Part shown: in pieces, positions 51,852 to 63,693 of the stretch
Position numbering within the stretch: the first letter of the stretch is position 1
How the letters are laid out: each line of letters starts with the position of its first letter
NCBI GenBank assembly: GCA_012295275.1
Contig: CM022679.1
Coordinates: 9,176,001 to 9,240,000, forward strand
Source of the DNA: Chrysomallon squamiferum
Taxonomy: Eukaryota; Animalia; Mollusca
Direction of reading: 5' to 3'
Length of the DNA: 64,000 nt
Program-made: the position numbers and the translations under genes
Notes under the pieces: model-generated
Database searches by the model: none
What the model was told of the DNA's origin: nothing
The model's input: the letters and a program-made list of their open reading frames with translations, nothing else

Positions 51852-52727
51852 GTTGTTGTTGTTTTTTTGTATGGTCAAACCTTGTTCGATATGAATTATT
51901 TTTTCATTCCAACGTTGGGCTGAGAGCATCTTAGATAAATTATTTACAGCATACTGGTACAAGACTTCAGGGTTTCAAACTGTCATCAGCAGTTTGCATA
52001 TGGTCTGTAATGAAGGAACAATTAATGTTAGAAATGGGATTCAGGAACTACCAATTTATCAAGACCATCCAAACCACCATGTTAGTTTGCCAGTAGGCAT
52101 GGCCAGAAATAAAGCTATTTGTTCTTTATATAAAGATATATATATTTTTTTTTTTTCAGCTAGGATAACTTAATAACTAAGTACTATGCACAACTATATC
52201 TCCCACTTTATAACAGATATACATCATAAACAAATTTTATTTTTTAAATCTCATCAACCAGCATAATTCAGATTTGCATCACTACTGATAACCAAAAGCC
52301 CGTTTGCTTTAAACTTTATTGTATCCAAATTTACGTGTGATTTGTTTTTTGAGAGATTTAAGTACTTATTTCTGTTTTATTTCATGTTTTCCTCTCATAG
52401 CAATGTGTGATCTGGTAAAACACAAGAGTTCTATGTTTATTTATTAGGTAACAAATTCTGTGTTTGGAATTTTTTTGTCACCTTCCACTTTCAACTGATG
52501 CCGAATTTTATTATTTCTTGTATCGTTGATGTTCACTTTTTGGTCTTCTTTAAGACGTCAATTAAGTTTACATTTTACTTTTAGAATCCAATCATCCTCC
52601 TATTCCCGAACAGAATGACAGCAGCTCAGAAAGTCATCCTGCTACTTATAATTTCCTTGATGAAGATGCCAAGTGTTCCAGGCCAAAGGAAGACGACATA
52701 CATAATGTCACACCAAAAACGCACTAA
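50490..52727 (+). CDS. Uncharacterized single-pass membrane protein (partial model)
   Basis: Phase-1 GT-AG exons: 50490-50564 (Thr/Pro-rich EQDVTSSTMTPPTTPPMTLYEGYK), 51407-51613 (TM LITLIIVSLILILLIFIVIFVIF + KRKKKK + tail) and 52585-52727 (acidic tail, TAA). The 5' end is unresolved. Confidence 0.55.
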
Positions 52728-55700
52728 CAACATTAAAAGATAAATCTTCATACAGGATGATGTGCAACTTAAAGATCGGACAATGTTTTTTTTTCTTTCT
52801 TTCTTTCTTTCTTTTTATTTATTTATTTATTTATTTTTTTTTTTTTTATTTTTTTTTTTGGATTGTGAAGTAAATGTATACAAGGCCCTCTGATACATAC
52901 ACACTTCAGCTTGTACGATCAAAAATATAAAAAATTGTGGAAAGGTTTTAGTTTAAAAGGTTATGATGGTAAATCGTTTTTAATCTTAGGTTTTTTAATA
53001 ATACCCTAAAAGGGCCTCGATCAAGCTGCACACTGTTTTAACAGTGATATTTAGATGTAGTTTTCTGTGTTTCTTGAACTTACTAAATTGGTCCCAACTT
53101 ATTTACTAAGCGTTGGATTGCAACCTGGGTTAAACATACTTGTAGAATTCGCTGGCAGTTATGTTTTTTTTTTAACTTTTTATAATATTTTATATTGTTG
53201 TACATTATCAAGGTACAATTTTTTAAAATGTTGGTAATATACCTAAATAGCTTACGTAATATACCTAAATGTATCAATTAAAAATGTATCGTTAGTTAAC
53301 AGTAATCCAATTACTGAAATCACCTAACAATCAACGATTATTAGCAAGAGACACAAGGAACTTTTGTCAGCTACGCTCTACTGACTTCAGACAAGTCTGG
53401 GATGTGTTTATTTAAGTAAAAGACAAAAGAACCCAGGGAGAGACGACAGAAAACAAAGAAGAGAAAGACACAGAGAACATATGGACCAATGGAGTTGGTG
53501 GGCATTTTTAGGCAATTATGTTGGTGCCTGTATTTTGCTTCAAATTTGTTTGTTAGAATGGACAAATGGTCATCTTGTTTCGGTATGCTCTGTTCAATTT
53601 GCTGACCCCACTTGACATGTAACCTGTATATGCTCCACTGATTTCATTTATTTCTGACATAAGCCGTTAGGAAAAAATGAAAGAATTAAGAATTCTAGTA
53701 TTTCATTTAACACCAATTCCCATGTCCTCCACAAAGTATGCATGTGTAAAATAAATAATTATCTCTGAAATAGAAATATTAGTTTTTGTTTCTGTTCGTA
53801 GTGGATACTTGATGTCATATACAGTTTATGCAAATATATGTATATTATAATCAACCATCACAGTTTCTTAATTGCATGGACAGCAGGTGTGTAGACAAGA
53901 AATGAGCCATATTTTAAAAGAATTGTTAGCACTTGGAAGCTAAAACTTCTTTTGCTTTGGGCCCTGTGATAAGATGAAATTTAAAAAAAATTTTTTTTTT
54001 TTTTTTTTTTTTAAAAAGTTAAGAAATTGAAGAGAATAATAAAGACATTTTTTTTTTATGGTCATACATAACATTAGTGTATTGTATTGCTCTATTGAAG
54101 TCTACTTAAACTAGCTGAAAAGGTTCACAAATCTAGAAACCATCTTAACAGCAGTTTCTGTAACATGTATATTTTGTAACATTTATGAATTAAGGATTAT
54201 TGGAAGGCAGATGAAGATACTGTATTTTTTTTTCTTTTTGTAGAATGGGTATTTTATTGGTAAAAATGAACTGATATTTTGTTTTGTGCTAATGTGTATT
54301 ATATTGCTGTATCAGATTCATTTTGTAACATTTTAGAAAAAAAAAAAAATCAATAATCATTTATTACTTCAGTAGAATTAGTCGTAGATGCAAGTGTGAT
54401 ATTTCTGTAAATATAATTAAATCAAAGTAGTTATTTTTGTGAATTTTTTCAATTATTTTCAAAAATATATATCTTGCATTTGTAAAAATGTATGTATGTA
54501 TGGTTTGCTTGTACTGTACATTTGTTCTCACTTTTGCATACAGAACTTGATGGCCTTTTTCTTTTCATGTTCAGACTCTGTAGTGTGCTGATGTGGATTA
54601 TTTTTCTGTAACAGTAAATTTTTAAACTTTCATGCATTAAAAAGAAAGAAAAAAGTAATAATAAATATGCGACACATTTCTTCAGAATCTTTGAAGATAA
54701 AGGCTTCATATTTCATTTGTAAATATAATCTATGTTTTACTCATTTTGTAACATATATGCAAAAAAATAAATAAATAAAATAAAATAAAATAAAAAAGCG
54801 CTTATTATTTAGTATCATTGGTTGCAGGTGAAATTGAGATACTTCTGTAAATGTAATTTTTAATTCAGTTCATTCATAATGGTTGTTTTTGTACATTTTC
54901 TTTTTTTCAATAAAGTTTAAAATAGTTTAAAAGTACTTAAATCCAATTTTTACATCACACATTCATTATTAAATTATCATGACTTAGTAAATTTTTTTTT
55001 TTTTTTTTTTTACCAAATACCAAATTGAATAATATTCATTTAGCTTTTTCCCTTTCTTAAAGAAAATTAAAGATTTTGGAAAAAAAGGAAATGAACATTT
55101 CTTTATATTGGCAATTTCTAGATTCAAGTGGCACACATTTCTATGATTAATTTTCATCATACATCTGATACATTCAGAGCAAAAATGAATAAGGATTTTA
55201 CACTGTGACAAAATTTCAAGGAGCCATTTGATCCATTTCATAGCCTTCACTTTTATTTTTTTTTACCATGTTTTTTTTTCTCTCTTCAATACCCTGTTTA
55301 AATAATTAAATAAATGAATAAATGGCATAATTTTTTTTGATTCCTGTAAATAGTCTTATCAATGGTAATGCCAAATCAGGTATACTAATACTTACATTTC
55401 CTTGTTACACAACTATTTAAAAACATTTTCTTAACTTAAAAATATTTATTTTACAGCCATTTAACACATTTGTAATAAGAATTATACAGTAATATGGCTA
55501 AAATTAATTTACCACATGATGACAACCAGATAGTTATTAACTCTACAAGTCTACGTAATGTTAATAAAGTTTATTTGACTTATTAATGTTCGACATTCAA
55601 ATTTTGCATTCATTTACTAACTCCACGATTCACAGATAACTATAATTTAACAGCATTTGTGAGTTTTTGAGTTTGATAACTTTGAATATATATTTTTTTA

Positions 55701-56089
55701 AACCATTATAACTAACAAAAAAAGAGCAGTTTGACTGTTAATACTAAATATTAACTGTTACGGAAGACTTATCCCAATATGCAACTCCTTAAAATTAATT
55801 CCAGTGAGGCTGACTACAAAGTCTCCAGGTTTCAAAACCTACAACACAACACATTCAAGTACTTTCACAGTCTTTCACAGGAATTTTATTGTCTGCAATT
55901 TCAGAATGTGAACACAATTATCATTAAAAACATTTATACATAACATTCTGTATTCAACTGAGAAAAATATGCTTATAATATAGAAAAAGCTTGATAAAAA
56001 AAAAAATAAAAAAAATAATAATAAATAATAATAAAAAAATAAATAAAATGATAAAAATAAAATAAAATAAAGGTTTGAAAAAAAGATTG

Positions 56090-56159
56090 TGTCACCAACA
56101 ATTAGTTGGGGGTTATAAGAACCCAACAGCAAAGAAGATTGCTGTGACCAACTTGCCTT
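56090..56159 (-). other. Structured RNA motif copy A behind a GC donor
   Basis: AAG|GCAAGUUG-GUCAC-AGCAAucuucuUUGCU-GUUGGGuucuuauaacCCCCAAC-uaauUGUUG-GUGAC. Confidence 0.7.
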
Positions 56160-56212
56160 TCATTGGTTTCTTTGGCTCACTGCCGATAGCTTCGAGGAAC
56201 ATCCTCAAATCA
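56157..56212 (-). other. Putative 56-nt non-coding exon (AG acceptor, GC donor) in the ZNF207 3' region
   Basis: Minus strand ttttttctttactttgaccag|TGATTTGAGG...CCAATGAAAG|gcaagt; GC-richer than its flanks. Confidence 0.5.
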
Positions 56213-57273
56213 CTGGTCAAAGTAAAGAAAAAACAAAAAAACAAAACGGTGTAAGATTTTTCTCAAAATGTATATGCGTGTGTGTGTATATATATATATA
56301 TATATATTTTTTTTTTTTTAAATGGTACTTTTTTTTTAATTAGTTTAAAATTACTTAAATCTAATATTCAATTCTGGTCAGTGACTTTTAAAAGTTTCAT
56401 TTGCTTAATGAAATTATGCAACTTATTTTCTTTTTAATGTCTGTTTCTTGAGAAACCAATTTGATTTCTTAATTTGGAGCATTTATTAATATTATATTGT
56501 TTGTTTTTTCTTTTTTTTTGATGCTCTATACAGTACTATTTCCATTCAAACCTGACAAATCAATAAGCAAACTGTACAGTTTACATTAGATGTTAAGATA
56601 TTTTTGAAATTAAAATTTAAATGAATTTCATGGAGATTCTTTCATTCCACCTTGCAAAATATTGTAATATTTCTGTGATATTTAACATTTGTAAATATAT
56701 TTTTATTAATATTTTTTAAAGACTGACTCAAATGCCAACCCCCCCCCAGCAAAACATTGACTCATCAGAGAATTTAATAGATGTTTTCTCTCTACTCCAC
56801 TGAAATATTAATTTTGTCATGAATACCTTTCTCAGTTCAACACTATGTAGTAGAAAATATGTATGTATGTATATATTCATATGAGTGATGTGTACATTAC
56901 TATTTATCATTTTATGTGTGATATATATAAAACTTAATATTTTTGTACAAAGTGTGAAATGGCGAAAGAAAGTTCTCAGTATACCAAAAGCTATGTTAGA
57001 AAAATAATTATTCTGTACATTTCAGGTAATGGTATGTAATAAAATTCTATAAAATAAATGGGTTTTTTTTTTTTGTGTGTTTTAAAACTGGAATCAGTAT
57101 ATACAAAATAAGAACATTTCTTCTCAAATAATGAACACCAAACAGTGCATGTCATTTAACACAACAAAATGTTCACTATTTGTAATAGAGATTTCTATGA
57201 AAACTTTCTTTTGCCAGAGAACTGATTCTCTTTGATCTCGCCTCATTCATTTCTAAATCATTCTTCACCATGC

Positions 57274-57440
57274 AGTACTGTGTATTAAATACAAGTACTA
57301 CATATTAAATACAAGTACTGTGCATTAAAAACAGGTACTGTGTTATGAAATACAAATATTCTGTATTGAAAAGTTACTGTGCATTAAATACAAATACTAT
57401 GTATTAAAAAGAGAGATTGTGTATTAAATACATATACTGA
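57274..57440. repeat. Degenerate ~20-bp tandem repeat
   Basis: (agtactgtgtattaaataca)-like units, about 8 copies. Confidence 0.8.
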
Positions 57441-57610
57441 GATACCTTGTCTGTTTGTGTTTATTATAAGATTTTTTTTTTTTTTAAAAACCCATATCTT
57501 ATAAGTTAATAAATATATATTTACCAAGCATTTGTTCTTAAATACAACAAACCATGATGATATATATTTCTAAACATTTAAGGGATGGGGGAGAAAAATA
57601 ATATTAAAAA

Positions 57611-57676
57611 TGTCACCAACATAACGTTGGGGGCTATACAGCTCACAATCAGTTTAATTTGCTGAGACATTTACTT
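57611..57676 (-). other. Structured RNA motif copy B (degenerate, GU donor)
   Basis: AA|GUAAA-UGUCUC-AGCAAAUUAAACUGAUU-GUGAGCUGuaUAGCCCCCAAC-guuaUGUUG-GUGACA. Confidence 0.55.
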
Positions 57677-57711
57677 ATGTAAAAAAAATTCACCAGTATT
57701 TTTCTTGAAAA

Positions 57712-57784
57712 TGTCACCAACAAAACAGCTTGATGCTAGCTATATAGCTCAACAGCATTCAAAGACGCTGTGACTACTTGCCTG
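57712..57784 (-). other. Structured RNA motif copy C behind a GC donor
   Basis: CAG|GCAAGUA-GUCAC-AGCGUcuuugaAUGCU-GUUGAGCUAuauAGCUAGCAUCAAGC-uguuuUGUUG-GUGAC. Confidence 0.7.
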
Positions 57785-57906
57785 TGATTTTTGTTTTTTG
57801 TCTTATCTTAAAAAGCAGACACTTATTAAAAAAAAACAAAAAAACACCAAAATTAAAATTTAAAAAAATATAATAAAATATTTTCTTTTTTTTTTTTCCT
57901 TAAAAA

Positions 57907-57972
57907 TGTCACCAACAAATTGTGGGTGCTTTTTACTCAAAACCAGTTTAAGATGCTATGACAACTTGCCTG
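57907..57972 (-). other. Structured RNA motif copy D behind a GC donor
   Basis: CAG|GCAAGU-UGUCAU-AGCAucuuaaacUGGU-uuUGAGUaaaaagcACCCAc-aauuUGUUG-GUGACA. Confidence 0.65.
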
Positions 57973-58063
57973 TATTTTATCTTATATTCAAAACCTTTGA
58001 AATTACCAGAACAATAATAATTATTATAATTATATATATATATAAAAAAGATTTAATGAAACG

Positions 58064-58130
58064 TGTCACCAACAAATGTTGGGTGCCATATAGCTCAACA
58101 GCATTTTCACATGCTGTGACAACTTGCCTG
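58064..58130 (-). other. Structured RNA motif copy E behind a GC donor
   Basis: CAG|GCAAGU-UGUCAC-AGCAugugaaaaUGCU-GUUGAGCuauaugGCACCCAAC-auuUGUUG-GUGACA. Confidence 0.7.
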
Positions 58131-59491
58131 TGAAACATGGATCAGAATGATTATTTAATTTAAATTTTCCACACAGCAAAAAAAAAAAAAAAAAAAAATA
58201 TATATATTATAATTAATACAACTTAAAATATTTCAGAATAATAAGCAGAAAATAATAAAAAAAATAATAACTTGCCTGTTACGTTATTAAAATATAAGAG
58301 TTATGATTTTTGTGTTAATTTAAGCTTTAGAATTCAATTTTTTTAACATTTATTATCGTTTATGAAAAATTATTAAGGAAAAGTTAACAAATTCAAGTAA
58401 CAACAGAAGTTAAATTTAAAACTGATAACCGTTTACATCAAAACTGCAAAAATATGCATGTTAAAAATATTATATATCTGGAACCCAGTAATACCATACA
58501 AATAATTTGCGGTGGGTTTAAAATAATAATAATAATAATAATAACAACAACAATAATAATATCAATAACAATAACAATAATAAACTGTTCAGATAAAGTT
58601 TAAATGTTAATCAGAATATTGTGAATTTTTTTTTAAAAGGTTTTGCCCTATTTTTTTTCTTGAATGCTTAGTTATTATAAAAAAACCAATTCATGTAACT
58701 ACATAATAACAGTAAATTATCAAAATGAAATAAGAGAGGATAAAATCTTATTTTAAATTGAGAAGAAAAATTAACTAAATTATTATGTAAAATAAAGGTA
58801 AGTAGAAAAGCAAGAAGCATTTCGTTAACATTTACCCCTGAAAATACTACATATTTACACTTTACTAAAATGCAGACCATGTATTATTTATATATATATA
58901 TATATATTTTAATGAATTTTCAGCACAACATATTGTAAGTTAACTCGAAGAAAAAAAACAAATAAAATATAAAATAAAGAAGCACGCAAACAAAAAAGAA
59001 AAGGCTTTCATTATTATTATTGTATTTTATCCAGTTTTAAAAGTTCTTTTATACAAATTAAAAGAAAGAAAAATTAATCACTTGCCTTACATGAATGTGG
59101 ATAACAGAATCCTAAATGTAACAAGGCAAGATATACCAAAAGAACATTAAACCAACTGAAGCACAATCTGATGTATTTTATTACTTTTTTTTTTAAATTT
59201 TAAAAATACATTTTATATCTTTTAATTCTCTTTTATTTCTTTTTTTTTAAAATGACAAACCTTGTCAAAAGTCCTCATGGATGAACAGGTCTGGCTTGAA
59301 AATTCTTATCACTTACCACTAGTATCGTTAACAAAACAACATGCCAGCTCGTCTAGCTTACCTTTGCCAGAACTTTTTAGAGATGATACTGAACACATCG
59401 TAAAGGACAGAAAATGAAAATGTACAATGAAAAATTAAAATATCTAATTAAAATTTTTTTTTTTTTTTTTTTTAAATGATATGCTGCTCAT

Positions 59492-62400
59492 TCAGAAACG
59501 ACCTCCCTGTGACATGTGCTGCGGCCTCATTGCGGGCTGAAATCCCATGTGGTAGCCTGCTGGTCCAGGCCTCGGACCCATGGCCATGTTTGACATCCCC
59601 ATCATTGGACCTGAAACAAACGGACATTTAATCACTTAAATTCAAACACGTAACATGCAAGAATATAAACAAGAAGTGAAAAAAAAAATAAAAAAAAAAT
59701 AAAAAAAATAAGAAGGAATACTAATTATTATTTTTGACACTTGAAAATCCCACTACAAATATAATAAAACACTAGTTTCCTCAGCCTTCTTTCTTTTTTT
59801 TTTTTTTTTGACAGTAAAAAGATTGCCTATAACAGCATGTAAAATATAACTTTTTTCCAATACACATATTTTCAGCTCCATTTAGGATTATAATTTGTTA
59901 CATATTCTTTTTGTCTGCTGTAAGATTGATGATGCATTAATTACCTTGAGTCATCTGTCCTGGCATTGTTCTCTGAGGCATGTGACCTGCTAGAAAAGAA
60001 ATACATTCTTCAGTCACTGACAAACATTCTAAATGCAACTTGAAACACCACATCTAACATGCTATAGATCAGACAGTTCACAACAACTGGCCATTTCCAA
60101 CAAAGCTCTGTGTGTGAGTGTGTGTGTGTCTAAATATACACTAATATACTGAAACTGGGTTTTTTGTTATTCTAATGAGCTTCTATTCAGTTTGACAAAA
60201 ATAGTGTTTTCTTATATAATGTTTGATTACAGTGCATGAATACAGACACTTTGCTATAATTAAAGTGCAGTTGGGAAATTATTTTCTTACTGTGAATTAA
60301 CAAGCATGAAGGATATTTTATTTTTAAAGATACTCTTGGAATAATTTATTATAAAAACAAACATGTGTAAGTTAAGATCTTTAATATCATTCAGTGTATA
60401 TATATATATATATGCTGTGACAATATATTTAATGACATATACATTAGTAATATTTAAGATTCACATACATTTTTAGATAATCACTGTCATTAAGGTTCAT
60501 TCAACAGAAATAACTTTTAAACTGCAAATTTCACCAACCTGTTGACATTCCAAAATTTTTCTTATATTTCGGTAATTGGGCTCTTCTTTCTTCCTGTGAA
60601 AATAATAATAATAATAATAAAAAAAAAATAAATAATAATAATAAAACGAAATATGATTTCTGCAAAGATCATGCCACAAATTAACAACTAACCACAAAAA
60701 GTTAGCAGTTGACCAAACAACACTTACCCAAAATCCTTGGCACAGACTAAATACTGTAAAAGTTTATTTATGGGAAAAACAGAAACACACACAAAAAAAA
60801 AAAAAATAAAAAAAAATAAAAAAGATAGGAACGGTCAATTTTAATTTTAAAAAAAGTGGATCCAAAACATAAGAAATAAAATGGCCACATTTTCTCCAGC
60901 CTAATCAAAAATAAAATAAAATAACAATCGTGATAAAAAGGCAGAAATAGATCAAAATATAAATTTTGTTTTTGATACAGTAAGTAATGTTCTTACAGGC
61001 AAATATGCCTATTAATTCAACTTACAATTGACGTTGTTGATGGATGGTCTTGGTGAATTAACTGACAAAAAACAAATTATTAGATACCAAGACAAGAACA
61101 TTATTACATTAGAAGCCTCAGTAAACCAGGAAAAGAACTGAAAATTCTTTTACTTGTAAAAACTCTGTAAAGAATAATTGAAAAATTTGATCAAAAAAAA
61201 AAAATAAAAACACAAACCATATCTTGATCAAATTTACTAGCAACGATTTCATTCCACACAAGCAGAAAGTGGCAATTTGTTGTTGGCTTTTTTTTTTTTT
61301 TTTGCATATTCTCACCGTGAAAAACAAAAAAACAAAGAAAACTAACCTGTATTAATAGCATCAGAATGATGACACTATGGCGATGAAATGCAGTAGACTT
61401 ACCAAGGAAATGTCCTCATCAGGATGCATTAACCTAGAGGTCAAACCTGAGCTAGACTCTGGTTTTTTAATCACTGGTGCTCCTGTAATGGTGGCGTTCG
61501 ACAGATTGCTGTTGGCTGTTGATATTGCAGCAGCTGCAGGGAATGTTGGTTTCGACTGACTCACAGACATCACTGGCTTGAAGTCTACACTTCCCGAACT
61601 TGATGTACTCATTGGCTGAGACTGTACGAAATAATAATAACCAAAAAAATATTAAATTGCTAAACTCAGAATTTATAATTTAAATTTTTTTTTTTTTTTT
61701 TTTTTTAATTACTGTTTACATTCATTTCGATGGTGATTTTTATCCTTGAACATTTATCACATGAAACAGAAACATAATTTTTTTAGCAAAAGGCAAAAGG
61801 TGAATATATTTTTTTTTTCTGTGTGTGGATGAGTGTATGTTCACACACACACACATTTGAGGTTGGTTTAGTATCTTTTACTCAAAGTATACCTAATGAT
61901 TTTTATTATTCTGTTTATTTCTCAGTATCTAAATAGGGAAAACAAAAAATATATATAAATTATTTTTCTACTCTATTATTATAAATGTCAAGTATATTAA
62001 CAAAAAGCTATACACATGTAAATACATACAAGTCAAAATATATGTGATGTTAGGATGAATGAACAAAATATACTGAATCTGCTCTCTTTAAGAAATAAAG
62101 ATAGTGCTACTCACTTGTATAGCTGCCGGAAACAGAGGTTTCTGTGGACCCATACTGGCAACTGGCATCCTAGGAGGCATGCCCATAGGCCCAGGACCCC
62201 TCATGGGACCTCCCATTTGTGGAGGCATTGCAGGAGGCATTCTTAAAAACAAAGACGAATGTCTGAATTTGGCATTTTAAAAATAAATATCAATAAAAAC
62301 GCATTTCAATTAAACTAATGATTACATTTTATTTTTTCAAAATATCTAAATTAATAGTTACAGAACAGGTTTATCTTCAATGTATGGATTTATTGGGACT

Positions 62401-63693
62401 GAGAGATTGATTTTGTAAGCATATGTCATTTCTGACAGCTGAAGTCAAAAAATATTGTATTAGACTCTACACCATGACTTTATGTGTGTCAAATCAAAAT
62501 TAGTTATTTTTAAGAACAGTAACATCTTCTGTGTATCTTACTGGTACCTATCAATTTAAATAACATTTTTTTTTAGCATTAACTATTTTAATTCATTGCT
62601 GAATTTACATAATGGTTTATTTTGTATGGCACTTCCTTCTGAATTTATTTTATTTTCAGGATGGAGCATCATCCCTCTTTCATTTTCTTTTTACGAGCTT
62701 GAACGAGCTATTAAAAATGTTTAGAATAAAAAATACGAATAATCACTTACCCCATCGGTCCCATGTTCTCTGAAAAAGACACAACAAAGCACTTTTAGTC
62801 ATCAATACACCAGGTTTTTTTTATTCAAAATTATATATTTTAGGCTTCTTTTCTTCGATTTTTAGCTTTTTTAAATTTGAAAAAAAAACCAGTAAATTTA
62901 TCCTTGGTAGATCAGAATTATAAGCTGTAATCAAGGTTTTCAATGCTTACGCATAGGAGGAACTAAGCCCACTGGGCCCATAGGCCCCATTCCACCAACA
63001 GGTCTCATTGGCCCCATCGGTCCTGGCGGAACAGGGGGCATCACTGGAGGAGCAAATGGCATGCTTGGTCCAGGAACAAACTGCTGATTCGGCAAAGGGG
63101 CAGTTTCTTCATCTGAATCTTTCCCGTCACCCCTCCTGAAATAATACCAAAGAAACACAGTACAGTTCAGGCGAACAGTTGTGTTATTCGAGGACTCTGA
63201 AAAACATTCGTCTTCGGCAAAATTCTGAAGTTTGTCAAGTGGCAAATGCACCAGTTAGGTTGTTTAGAACGTGTCTTGTTTTTAGACCAAAATAAACAAA
63301 AGTGAATCCACAGGGAGAGTTATTTTTGAGAATGCTATTTCAAGATATTCCAATACCTTTACTTTAAAATGGAGTAAGTACGTTAAAATTAACATGTGTG
63401 AGACCAGAAAAGAAAAGAGAAGAATATACTGTTCATTTAATATATAATGAATTTTATTCATAATGAAATTCCTTACATTTCTTGCTAAATATCATCAAAC
63501 CATATTCATTTTCAAGCTTTCAGTTATTAATGACTTTTAATCGAATATACCAACCTCCCGGTCTTCCTGCACGCATTTTTTCGTGTTCTCTAGCATCTTG
63601 TTCAGGTATACCTTCCATTCCATATATCTCAATTTCTATGTTGTATCTGCCAGGAAGTGAATTTGGAACTTTGTCAACCTTTTCTTTATGTAC
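59492..63693 (-). CDS. ZNF207: BUB3-interacting and GLEBS motif-containing protein ZNF207 (BuGZ); 3' part, zinc-finger exons lie beyond the window end
   Basis: Exons 63551-63693, 62951-63135, 62751-62769, 62115-62241, 61403-61621, (61026-61061 optional), 60539-60593, 59945-59989, 59492-59610. Motifs VHKEKVDKVPNSLPGR.NIEIEIYGMEGIP, KPLFPAA, KPTFPA, LMHPDEDISL|EERRAQLPKY, and C-terminal MSQGGRF*. Confidence 0.93.

Noticed and set aside
56090-58130. miR-31-like microRNA cluster (AGGCAAG 5' end)
   Set aside because: The AGGCAAG segment has no pairing arm and the fold is multibranched rather than a pre-miRNA hairpin; a GC splice donor explains the motif better.
57611-58130. tRNA, snoRNA, SL RNA or ribozyme identity for the structured motif
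   Set aside because: No T-loop/D-loop consensus, no C/D or H boxes, no hammerhead core and no conserved leader exon; the Sm-like AUUUGUUGG is only partly conserved. Not formally excluded without an Rfam search.
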